The translations under genes were made by a program, and so were the position numbers. Shown one piece after another: positions 28,979-37,662 of a stretch of 64,000 nt of DNA (positions are counted from its first letter, which is position 1; every line of letters begins with the position of its first letter). This DNA is from Vicinamibacterales bacterium (lineage in GTDB: Bacteria > Acidobacteriota > Vicinamibacteria > Vicinamibacterales > UBA8438): assembly GCA_965261285.1 (NCBI GenBank), contig OZ253457.1, positions 467,809 through 531,808 of the forward strand, given 5' to 3'. A model generated the notes under the pieces. The model ran no database searches, was not told the origin of the DNA, and saw only the letters and a list, made by a program, of their open reading frames with translations.

Positions 28979-30262
28979 CTATCGGTCCTCCAGGGTCTGC
29001 CTGACCGAGGCCAGCTCGACGCACACCACGAATACCCGCATCGCCTGATCGAGGTCGCCGAGCTCGGGAAACGTCGGCGCGAGCCGAATGTTGGCATCCT
29101 CGGGGTCCCGCCCATAGGGAAAGGTGGCCCCGGCCGGGGTGAGCTTCACGCCGGCGCGGGCCGCGAGGCGGACGATCTCGCCGGCGAGGCCGGGGCGGGC
29201 GTCGAACGAAAGAAAGTAGCCCCCCCGGGGCGTCGTCCAGGAACCGGTCCCGGTTCCGTCCAGCGCTTCCGACAGCCTTCGGAACACCAGCTCGAACTTG
29301 GGGCGCAGGATCGCGGCGTGCTTCCGCATGTGCGCCCGTACGTGATCCATGTTGCGCAGGAACCGGACGTGCCGAAGCTGGTTGACCTTGTCGGGCCCGA
29401 TGGTCACGACCTGCATGCGACGCCGAAACCAGTCGAGGGTGGCCGGTGAGCCGCCCATGAAGCTGATGCCGGCGCCGGCGCGCGTGACCTTGGACGTCGA
29501 CGCGAAGAGCACCAGGCTGTCTTCGGTGCCGTGGCGCCGGCACGCCTCCATGACGTTGGCCAGCGGGGGCGGCTCGTCGTCGAGATCGTGGACCGCATAG
29601 GCGTTGTCGCACAGGATGCGGAAGTGCGGGCCGGCGACGGCGGCGAGCCTGGCGAGACGGTCCACGGTGGCCTCGGAATAGACCTGCCCGCCGGGATTGG
29701 AGTACTTCGGCACGCACCAGATGCCCCGGATGGAGGCGTCGGAGCGCACCTGCGCCTCGACCTGATCCATGTCGGGGCCGTCGTCGCGCATCGGCACGTT
29801 GACCATCTCGATGCCGAGGTCCTCGAGAATCGCGAAGTGGCGGTCATAGCCGGGCACGGGGCAGAGGAACCGAGCGCTTCCCGACTTTCGCCACGCGCCG
29901 TCCGGCCCGGCCGGGCCGTGAAGCCAGGCGTTCAGCAGGTACAGGTACATCAGGGTGAGGCTGCTGTTGCCCCCGGCGATCACCTCGTCGGGGCGCACGC
30001 CCAGCCACGCCGCGCCCAGCCGCCGGGCCTCCGGCAGGCCGTCGAGCCCGCCGTAGTTCCGGACATCGGTCCCGTCGGCGGCGGTGAACGGCCCGTTCTC
30101 CGCGTCGAGGTCGTCGGACAGCGCGAGCTGGGCCGGGCTCGGCTTGCCGCGCGTGAGGTCGAGGGACAGACCGGCGGCGCGGAATCCGTCGTGCGCGGCG
30201 GTCAGCTCCCTCTCGCGGGAACGCAGGGTATCGAGATCGGAACGATCGAGCGTCGTCGTCAA
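28979..30262 (-). CDS. PLP-dependent aminotransferase (class I/II fold)
   Basis: Track ORF of 427 aa. It has a YSNPGG-type motif, a FASTSK lysine-containing segment and an overall aminotransferase-like layout. Substrate is unknown. Confidence 0.8.
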   Translation of the reverse strand: MTTTLDRSDLDTLRSRERELTAAHDGFRAAGLSLDLTRGKPSPAQLALSDDLDAENGPFTAADGTDVRNYGGLDGLPEARRLGAAWLGVRPDEVIAGGNSSLTLMYLYLLNAWLHGPAGPDGAWRKSGSARFLCPVPGYDRHFAILEDLGIEMVNVPMRDDGPDMDQVEAQVRSDASIRGIWCVPKYSNPGGQVYSEATVDRLARLAAVAGPHFRILCDNAYAVHDLDDEPPPLANVMEACRRHGTEDSLVLFASTSKVTRAGAGISFMGGSPATLDWFRRRMQVVTIGPDKVNQLRHVRFLRNMDHVRAHMRKHAAILRPKFELVFRRLSEALDGTGTGSWTTPRGGYFLSFDARPGLAGEIVRLAARAGVKLTPAGATFPYGRDPEDANIRLAPTFPELGDLDQAMRVFVVCVELASVRQTLEDR

Positions 30263-30426
30263 GAGGCCTCCTGCCCTTCATGTTACCGGACCGGGGAGGG
30301 CCGCGGGCGTCAGCCGCGCAGGCGGGCGCGTCCCGTCCTCGACGCCGCTCGCGATTCGATCCACGCGCGCCGGTGGGGGCACGACGATGCGCCGCCGGGC
30401 CCGGCCCCCGACTGCCGGGCCGTTCC

Positions 30427-30473
30427 GTGCCGGGCGCTCACCTCACGAACGTGCCGGGCGCTCATCTCACGAA
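30427..30473. repeat. 24-nt tandem duplication upstream of the first CRTAC1-like gene
   Basis: gtgccgggcgctcacctcacgaac (30427-30450) is followed by gtgccgggcgctcatctcacgaa (30451-30473). Confidence 0.85.
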
Positions 30474-30564
30474 TCCGTCGTGCACCCCGCCGGCGGCCGT
30501 ATTGCGGGTGTCCGGCGGCGGTGGGATAATCGACCTCGGCTCCATGGCTTCCTGACCATCCGAC

Positions 30565-32361
30565 GTGAGTGCGACCCGCGTGACGCAGCGACAATCGACC
30601 CGGACCGCCGTCGTCGCGACGCTGCTGTGCCTGGCGGCGGCGTGCGCGGCGGTCGGCTGTGCCCCGTCCGCGGGCTCCGACGCCGGCGCCGCACCGGGGG
30701 GCGCGGACGCCGCGGCCGGCCCCGCCCCCGGCGAGTGGTTCACGGAGGGCGCGGCCGCGGCGGGGCTCGACTTCGTGCATTTCAACGGCATGACGGGCGA
30801 CTTCCATCAGACCGAGATCATGGGTCCCGGCGTGGCGTTGCTCGACTACGACAACGACGGCGATCTCGACGCCTACGTGACACAGGGGCGCACGCTGGGA
30901 AGCGGCGACCCGCTGATCCCGCCGCCGGAGGGCCCGCTCACCGACCGCCTCTACCGCAACGACCTGGAGCCTTCGCCGGACGGCCCCCGGCTGCGGTTCA
31001 CCGACGTGTCGGCCGGGAGCGGGCTGAACGCGGGGGGGCACGGCATGGGGGTCGCGGCCGGCGACTACGACAACGACGGCTGGGTCGACCTCTACCTGAC
31101 CGGGTTCGAGCGGAACCGCCTGTTCCGGAACAACGGCGACGGGACGTTCACGGACGTGTCGGAAGAGAGCGGCACCCACGACCCCGAGCGGTGGGGGGTG
31201 TCGGCCGCCTTTCTCGACTACGACCGCGACGGGTGGCTGGACCTCTTCGTCGGCAACTACCTGAGCTTCAGCCTCGACACCCACATCCCGTGCTTCAACC
31301 GCTCGGGGCCGCCCGACTACTGCCCGCCCGAGATATACCGCGCCCAGCCCGATCGCCTGTATCGCAATCAGGGCGACGGCACCTTCGTCGACGCGACGGC
31401 GGAGGCCGGCGTCGCCTGGGAGTTCGGCCCGGCCCTCGGGGTGTCGACGGCGGACTTCGACAACGACGGGTGGCTGGACATCTTCGTCGCCAACGACCAG
31501 CAGGAGAACCAGCTCTGGATCAACCGGCGGGACGGCACCTTCGTCAACCGGGCGCCCTTGTGGGGGGCGGCGGTGGGGGCGGGCGGCGAAGCCAAGGCCG
31601 ACATGGGCGTCGATGCCGGCGACTTCGACAACGACGGTGACGAGGACCTGTTCGTCACCGAGCTCATCGGTCAGGGCAGCACCCTCTATGTCAACGACGG
31701 CTCCGGCCTGTTCGAGGAGCGGAGCATGCAGGCATTCATACGTCTGCCCAGCCTGCCCTATACCGGCTTCGGGACCGCGTGGCTCGACTTCGACAACGAC
31801 GGTCGGCTGGACCTGTTCTCGGTCAACGGCCACGTCACCCGCGACATGGACCTGCTGGGGCCGGACAACCCGTTCCCCCTGCAGCAGCGCAATTTGTTGT
31901 TCCGCAACCGGGGCGACGGGCGCTTCGACGACGTGACGGACCGCGCCGGCGAGGTGTTCCGCCTGTCGGAGGTGAGCCGGGGCGCCGCGTTCGGCGACGT
32001 CGACAACGACGGCGACGTCGACGTCCTGGTCGGCAACGGGGCCGGCCCGGTGCGGCTGCTCGTGAACCAGATCGGCGAGGACAACCGGTGGGTGGGCCTG
32101 CGGCTCGTCGGCGGGAATGCGCCGCGCGACATGATCGGGGCCCGGGTGGAGGTGGTGCTCGCGGACGGCTCGCGGGTGTGGCGTCGGGCACGCTCCGACG
32201 GCAGCTATGCCTCCGCGCAGGATCCGCGGGTCCTGATCGGGCTCGGGGCGTCGGCGGCCCCGGTCGAGGTGCGCGTCACGTGGCCGAGCGGGCGCACCGG
32301 GACGTGGCGCGACGTTCCTCCCGGCCGCTACACGACGTTGCGGGAAGGCGAGGGCGGCTGA
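30565..32361 (+). CDS. CRTAC1-family lipoprotein (FG-GAP/VCBS repeats + ASPIC/UnbV C-terminal domain), copy a
   Basis: Track ORF of 598 aa with a lipobox (AAVGC). It has repeated DxDNDGxxD(L/I) calcium-binding FG-GAP motifs with NRLxRN linkers, and the UnbV-like tail NRWVGLRLVG...GARVEV...SYASAQDPRVLIGLG. Confidence 0.85.
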   Translation: MSATRVTQRQSTRTAVVATLLCLAAACAAVGCAPSAGSDAGAAPGGADAAAGPAPGEWFTEGAAAAGLDFVHFNGMTGDFHQTEIMGPGVALLDYDNDGDLDAYVTQGRTLGSGDPLIPPPEGPLTDRLYRNDLEPSPDGPRLRFTDVSAGSGLNAGGHGMGVAAGDYDNDGWVDLYLTGFERNRLFRNNGDGTFTDVSEESGTHDPERWGVSAAFLDYDRDGWLDLFVGNYLSFSLDTHIPCFNRSGPPDYCPPEIYRAQPDRLYRNQGDGTFVDATAEAGVAWEFGPALGVSTADFDNDGWLDIFVANDQQENQLWINRRDGTFVNRAPLWGAAVGAGGEAKADMGVDAGDFDNDGDEDLFVTELIGQGSTLYVNDGSGLFEERSMQAFIRLPSLPYTGFGTAWLDFDNDGRLDLFSVNGHVTRDMDLLGPDNPFPLQQRNLLFRNRGDGRFDDVTDRAGEVFRLSEVSRGAAFGDVDNDGDVDVLVGNGAGPVRLLVNQIGEDNRWVGLRLVGGNAPRDMIGARVEVVLADGSRVWRRARSDGSYASAQDPRVLIGLGASAAPVEVRVTWPSGRTGTWRDVPPGRYTTLREGEGG

Positions 32362-32362
32362 C

Positions 32363-33721
32363 ATGACCGGACACCGGGTCGGAGCAGCGTTCCTGGCCTG
32401 TGCGGTGGCGCTCGCGGCCGGTTGCGCCCCCGCGTCGGACGAGAGCGCCCTGGTGTCGGGTCTCCCGGGCGACGGGCGCGCGATGCGGGTGGGCGGCCCG
32501 CGGCAGCCAATCGCCCTGCCGGACCTCTCCGGCGTGGCCGCATCGGTCCGGCGTCAGGTGCGTGAGCGCCACGAGCGCCTCGCCGCGAGGCTCGCCGACG
32601 CCGGCACGCCGCCGGTCGAGCTCGCCGACGCCTTCGGCGACCTCGGCCTCGTGCTCATGGCCGCCGAGTACCACGAGGCCGCCGCCGACTGCTTCGCGAG
32701 CGCGATGGACCTCGCGCCCGACGAGATGCGCTGGCCGTACTATCTCGGCCATCTCCACGCCGTCGAGGGCCACCGCGCCGCGGCGGCCGGGCTCTTCGCG
32801 CGGGCGCACGAGCTGCGGCCGACGGACCTGGCGGCGCTGGTCCGGCTGGGCGACACCCTGCTCGACCAGAGCCGGCCCGATGCGGCCGAGGAGGCGTTCA
32901 TGCGGGCGCTGACCCTCGATGCGGGCCTGGCCCCGGCCCTGGCGGGCATGGGGCGAGCCGCACTGGCGAAGGGGGAGGCGGCGCGCGCGACGGACTACCT
33001 GACGCGGGCGCTGTCCGCCGACGCGCGGGCGACGAGCCTGCACTATCCCCTGGCGATGGCCTATCGGCAGCTCGGCGACCTCGGTGCGGCCGAGGCGCAC
33101 CTGCGGCGTCGCGGCGCAGGCGTCGCGGCGGTGCCGGACCCGCTGATGGACGCCTATTCGGAGGTGCTGGAGAGCGCGCTCACCTACGAGACCCGCGGGA
33201 TGCGGGCCCTGCAGAGCAGAGAGCCGGCGGCGGCCGAGGAGCTGTTTCGCCGGGGGCTGGAGCTGGCCCCGGACGACCCCGCCCTGCGGCACCGGCTGGG
33301 CACGGCGCTGATGATGGCGGGGGACGCGGGCGGCGCCGTGGAGCAGTTCGAGGAGACCATCCGCCGCACTCCGGACTTCGCGAGGGCGCACTTCGGCCTC
33401 GGCATGGTGGCGATGATCGACGGCCGCTATCCCGAGGCGGCGGAGCGGTTCGGCGCCGCGGTCGAGCATCAGCCCGACTACCTGGAGGCGCGGGTCGGCC
33501 TCGCCGACGCGTTGCGGGTGACGGGGCGGGCGGAGGCGGCGCTCGCCCACTACCGTCAGGTGGTGGTGGCGGATCCGCGGTTCGCCGACGCGTGGGCGGG
33601 CTACGTGATGGCCCTCGCCGGCCTCGGCCGCGTCGACGAGGCCCGCGAGCGGCTCGGCGAGGCGCTGTCGATTCTGCCCGGCCATCCGCAGTTGACGGGG
33701 CTGCGGGCGCAACTGCGGTGA
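32363..33721 (+). CDS. TPR-repeat lipoprotein, copy a
   Basis: Track ORF of 452 aa. The start is 1 nt after the upstream stop. It has a lipobox (LAAGC) and multiple 34-aa TPR-like units. Confidence 0.8.
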   Translation: MTGHRVGAAFLACAVALAAGCAPASDESALVSGLPGDGRAMRVGGPRQPIALPDLSGVAASVRRQVRERHERLAARLADAGTPPVELADAFGDLGLVLMAAEYHEAAADCFASAMDLAPDEMRWPYYLGHLHAVEGHRAAAAGLFARAHELRPTDLAALVRLGDTLLDQSRPDAAEEAFMRALTLDAGLAPALAGMGRAALAKGEAARATDYLTRALSADARATSLHYPLAMAYRQLGDLGAAEAHLRRRGAGVAAVPDPLMDAYSEVLESALTYETRGMRALQSREPAAAEELFRRGLELAPDDPALRHRLGTALMMAGDAGGAVEQFEETIRRTPDFARAHFGLGMVAMIDGRYPEAAERFGAAVEHQPDYLEARVGLADALRVTGRAEAALAHYRQVVVADPRFADAWAGYVMALAGLGRVDEARERLGEALSILPGHPQLTGLRAQLR

Positions 33722-33898
33722 CCGGCGCCGGCGGGCGTCCGGTTGCCGGACCCCCGCATCGCCGCGGGTCGGCAGCGGGGGCTTATCGGCCGCGGGCGGC
33801 GGATTCGGCGGTGCAGCGGCCGGACGGGGCTCGCCGCGGACACCTGTCTCGCCGGTGGTAACGCACATCGTCGCAGACCCGGTACCGTGAGGGGAAGC

Positions 33899-36800
33899 AT
33901 GAGGGGGCGTGGCGTCCGTCGCATCGGCCTCGTGATCGCCGCCGTCGTCCTCGCGGTGACCCCGGCGGCGGGTGGGCAGGAAAGCGCTCGCCCGTCCGGC
34001 ACCGCCGCGATGGTGGCGCGGCTCGAGGCGATGGCCGCCGCCGCCGCGCAGACGAACCCCTACGCCGGCTCGATGCGGGCCCGGGCCCTGAGCGCGGTGA
34101 CCCCGCCCGCGGCGCTGCCCGACCTGCTGCGCTACCGCTCGGAGATCGCGCGGTACCTGCTCTACGCCGGCCGGAGCGAAGAGGCGGCGGCGGCGTTCGA
34201 GGGCGTCCTCCGCGAGGCGGCCGCGGACCCGTCGATCTCGCCCACGTTCGTCAGCGCGGTGCGGCAGCTCCTGGCCCTCTCCCACCTGCGGGTGGCCATG
34301 CAGCGCAACTGCGTCTCCGGGCCGGCCGCCGCCCGCTGCTCGGTGCCGGTCGGCCGCGAGGCGGTGCACCCGGACGACGGCGCGGCCCGGCGGGCCATCG
34401 CCGAGTACGCCCGCGTCCTGGGCGATCCTCCCGACGAGTCGACGGCGCTGGCCGCGCGGTGGCTGCTCAACCTCGCCTACATGATGGTCGGCGAGTACCC
34501 GTTCCACGTGCCGGAGCCGTGGCTGGTGCCGCCCGAGGCGTTTCGCGCGGAGCACGACGTGGGCCGGTTCCCCGACGTGGCGGGGCGGCTCGGCCTCGAC
34601 GACGCGGGCCGGAAGGGCGGCAGCGTCATGGACGACTTCGACGGCGACGGGCGCCTCGACGTCGTCGCGTCGTCGGCCGGCCTGTTCGCGGTGGCGGAAG
34701 GGGAGAACGCCAACCAGTTGCGGTACTTCCGCAACGAGGGCGACGGCACCTTCACGGACCGGACCACCGAGGCCGGGCTCGACGGGCTCGTCAGCGGCCT
34801 CCACGTCATCCACGCCGACTACGACAACGACGGGTCCCTCGATCTGTTCGTCCTGCGCGGGGCGTGGCTCGACACCGGGCACCCCAACTCGCTCCTGCGA
34901 AACGACGGCGACGGCACGTTCACCGACGTCACCGAGGCGGCGGGCCTGCTCATGCCGGCCCCGACGCAGGCCGGGGCGTGGGGCGACTACGACAACGACG
35001 GGTGGGTCGATCTCTTCATCGGCAACGAGTCGCGGGTCCCCCCCGGCGGCGTCGGGGCCGCCGCGTCGGGCGGCGGGCCGGTGTATCCCTCCCGCCTGTT
35101 CCGCAACAACGGCGACGGCACGTTCACCGACGTCGCGGCCGAGGCCGGGGTGGCGGTGGTCGGGTTCGTCAAGGGCGCCGTCTGGGGCGACTACGACAAC
35201 GACGGCCGCCTCGACCTCTACGTGACCCGGCTGCGCCCCGACGAGCCCAACCTGCTCTTCCGCAACGAGGGGCCCGGCCCCGGCGGCGCGTGGTCGTTCC
35301 GCGACGCGGCGGCCGAGGCGGGGGTCGAGGGGCCCCCGGTGAGCTTCCCGACGTGGTTCTTCGACTACGACAACGACGGGTGGGAGGACCTCTTCGTCAG
35401 CGGGTTCAGCGGGGGGCTGGCCGACGTGGTCCTCGAGCGCCTCGGCCAGCCGCACCTGGGCCAGTTGCCGCGCCTCTACCGCAACGACGGCGACGGCACG
35501 TTCACCGACGTCACCGCGTCGGCGGGCCTCGACCGGCTCATGGTGGGCATGGGGTCCAACTTCGGCGACCTCGACAACGACGGGTTCCTCGACCTGTACC
35601 TGGGCACCGGGGACCCCGACTACCGCATGCTCATCCCCAACCTGATGTTCCGGAACGCCGGGGGAGAGCGCTTCCAGGACGTCACGTCGTCGGGCGGCTT
35701 CGGGCACCTGCAGAAGGGGCACGGGGTGTCGTTCGGCGACGTCGACGCCGACGGCGACCAGGACCTGTACCACGTCGCGGGCGGCGCCTACGAGGGCGAC
35801 ACCTTTCCCAACGCCCTCTACCTGAACCCCGGCCACGGCAACCGCTGGCTGACCCTTCGGCTCGAGGGGGCGGCCTCGAACCGGGCCGCCATCGGCGCGC
35901 GGATCGCGGTCACCGTGGTCACCCCGGGCGGCGAGCGGGAGGTCCACGTCACCGTGGGGGCCGGCGGCAGCTTCGGGGGCTCCAGCCTGCAGCAGGAGAT
36001 CGGGCTCGGGGCGGCGACCGCGGTCCGGTCGGTGGCCGTCACCTGGCCGGCGACGGGGCAGACGGACGTGTACGCGGGCGTCGCGCTCGACCGCGCCTAT
36101 CGCCTCCGCGAGGGCGATGAGGCGCTGACCCCGGTCCGGCTCGAGCCGATCGACCTGGGCGCCGGCGCGGTCGATCGCGGCGGCGCCCAGGCGGGAGGCG
36201 GGGGAGCCGGCCGCTCCGGCGGCGCCCCGGCCGGCGCGGAGGACCATCGGGCGCGGGGCCTCGACGCCGCCGCCGTCGGCGACTGGCCGGAGGCCCTCGG
36301 CCGGTTCCGGCAGGCCCTCGCGCTGGCGCCGGGCGACCCCCTGCTCAACTGGTACCTGGGCATGGCCCTGCACCTGTCGGGCGACGACGCGGAGGCGGCG
36401 GTGGCGTACCTCGCGGAGGCGGCGCGGCTCGATCCGGCCCTGACGGCGCGGGTCCAGCTCACCATCGGCGCCGTGCGCGAGGCGGGCGGCCGCGTCGACG
36501 AGGCCATCGGACACTACACGCTGGCCGCGTCCGAGGCCCCCGCTGGCGGAGAGGCGCACTTCCGACTCGCCGAGGCGCTGCGCCGGTCGGGACGGGCGGC
36601 GGCTTCCCTCGCCTACTACGAGCAGGTCCCGGACCGCCGCGACGCCCGCTTCGGCGAGGTGCTGGCCCTGGTCGGGCTGGGGCGCCACCGCGAGGCGCTC
36701 GCCCGGCTCGAGGCCGGCGTTCGCCGGCATCCGTGGGAGCCCGCGTTCCCCATCGCCCTCGCCCGGCTGCTCGCCGCCGCCCCCGACGATACGCTGCGCG

Positions 36801-37054
36801 ACGGCGCGCGGGCGCTGGCGGTGGCGCAGGCCCTGGCCGCGAGCCTCCGCACGACCGCCGTGGCCGAGACGATGGCGATGGCCCACGCCGAGCTGGGGCA
36901 GTTCGCGGGGGCGGTCGAGTGGCAGCGCCTCGCGATGTCCGTCGCGGCCGAGGCGGGGCAGTCGGCCGCGGTGCAGCGCATGTCCGCCAACCTCGCGCGG
37001 TATCTCCGCGGCGAGCCGAGCCGCAGGCCGTGGCAGGACGACGAGCTGGAGTAG
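33899..37054 (+). CDS. large FG-GAP/VCBS + ASPIC/UnbV protein fused to a C-terminal TPR module
   Basis: This is the in-frame part of track ORF 33743..37054, starting from MRGRGVRRIGLVIAAVVLAV with a gaggggaag RBS. It has many DYDNDG/DFDGDG repeats and an UnbV-like NRWLTLRLEG...GARIAV segment. The last roughly 300 aa are TPR. Their final roughly 110 aa are homologous to the tail of the 54918..56567 protein. Confidence 0.85.
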   Translation: MRGRGVRRIGLVIAAVVLAVTPAAGGQESARPSGTAAMVARLEAMAAAAAQTNPYAGSMRARALSAVTPPAALPDLLRYRSEIARYLLYAGRSEEAAAAFEGVLREAAADPSISPTFVSAVRQLLALSHLRVAMQRNCVSGPAAARCSVPVGREAVHPDDGAARRAIAEYARVLGDPPDESTALAARWLLNLAYMMVGEYPFHVPEPWLVPPEAFRAEHDVGRFPDVAGRLGLDDAGRKGGSVMDDFDGDGRLDVVASSAGLFAVAEGENANQLRYFRNEGDGTFTDRTTEAGLDGLVSGLHVIHADYDNDGSLDLFVLRGAWLDTGHPNSLLRNDGDGTFTDVTEAAGLLMPAPTQAGAWGDYDNDGWVDLFIGNESRVPPGGVGAAASGGGPVYPSRLFRNNGDGTFTDVAAEAGVAVVGFVKGAVWGDYDNDGRLDLYVTRLRPDEPNLLFRNEGPGPGGAWSFRDAAAEAGVEGPPVSFPTWFFDYDNDGWEDLFVSGFSGGLADVVLERLGQPHLGQLPRLYRNDGDGTFTDVTASAGLDRLMVGMGSNFGDLDNDGFLDLYLGTGDPDYRMLIPNLMFRNAGGERFQDVTSSGGFGHLQKGHGVSFGDVDADGDQDLYHVAGGAYEGDTFPNALYLNPGHGNRWLTLRLEGAASNRAAIGARIAVTVVTPGGEREVHVTVGAGGSFGGSSLQQEIGLGAATAVRSVAVTWPATGQTDVYAGVALDRAYRLREGDEALTPVRLEPIDLGAGAVDRGGAQAGGGGAGRSGGAPAGAEDHRARGLDAAAVGDWPEALGRFRQALALAPGDPLLNWYLGMALHLSGDDAEAAVAYLAEAARLDPALTARVQLTIGAVREAGGRVDEAIGHYTLAASEAPAGGEAHFRLAEALRRSGRAAASLAYYEQVPDRRDARFGEVLALVGLGRHREALARLEAGVRRHPWEPAFPIALARLLAAAPDDTLRDGARALAVAQALAASLRTTAVAETMAMAHAELGQFAGAVEWQRLAMSVAAEAGQSAAVQRMSANLARYLRGEPSRRPWQDDELE

Positions 37055-37083
37055 CGTGCGCGTCTTGGAGTAGCGTGCGCGTC
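37047..37083. repeat. 19-nt-period tandem duplication spanning the stop codon of 33899..37054
   Basis: tggagtagcgtgcgcgtc occurs at 37047-37064 and again at 37066-37083. The stop TAG is at 37052-37054. Confidence 0.9.
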
Positions 37084-37230
37084 CGGGCACGGCGTCCGGT
37101 CGGTCGCCTCTGAACGACCATGAACCCGCGGCGGCGCGACGGCGTCGAACGGTAGAGGACGCGGCCTTGGCGGCTCGCGTCGATGCGCAGTGCTCGTTCG
37201 TGGCAGCGTACTTGCACTGACGTATCGTCT

Positions 37231-37641
37231 ATGGAGACAGCCGGCTCGCAGAACGATTCGTCGGAACGGGGTATCGGGGTACAGGCGGTCGGCTTCGCCG
37301 TAGTCGGCTGCGTCAGCGTGGCGATTCTCCAGCTCTGGTCCGAATCGGGTTCCTGGGCGTACCAGAGCTTCGAAACGGCGGTTTCCCGTTTGTACTGGGC
37401 ATTCGTGGTTCCGCTGGCGGCGTTGTTCGATTGGGGGCGAAGGATGTTTGAGACGCGTCAGGCCATCAGGAAGGCCGCGGTCGAGAACGCGATCGCGAAG
37501 GGGGTCGAGAAGGCCGTCAAGAAGGCTGTCCGCGAGGCGGTCGAGAAGGAGCGCGAGCGTATCGTGGCGTCCTGGGAGCAACTCCAGGGGCTGTCTCGCA
37601 AGGAGGCCAAGCAGAGGATCTTCCAGGCCGAGCAGTCGTGA
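37231..37641 (+). CDS. hypothetical membrane protein with a charged C-terminal helix
   Basis: This is the in-frame part of track ORF 37183..37641, starting from METAGSQ. It has two hydrophobic segments and then a Lys/Glu-rich helix (AIAKGVEKAVKKAVREAVEKERERI). No family was recognised. Confidence 0.5.
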   Translation: METAGSQNDSSERGIGVQAVGFAVVGCVSVAILQLWSESGSWAYQSFETAVSRLYWAFVVPLAALFDWGRRMFETRQAIRKAAVENAIAKGVEKAVKKAVREAVEKERERIVASWEQLQGLSRKEAKQRIFQAEQS

Positions 37642-37662
37642 GAGACCGGCGCTCGCAGGACC

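Noticed and set aside
32276-37090. 1604-aa ORF on the minus strand
   Set aside because: It is antisense to the TPR and CRTAC1-TPR genes. The composition is non-protein-like (R/G/P/A runs) with no motifs. It is a GC-driven open frame.
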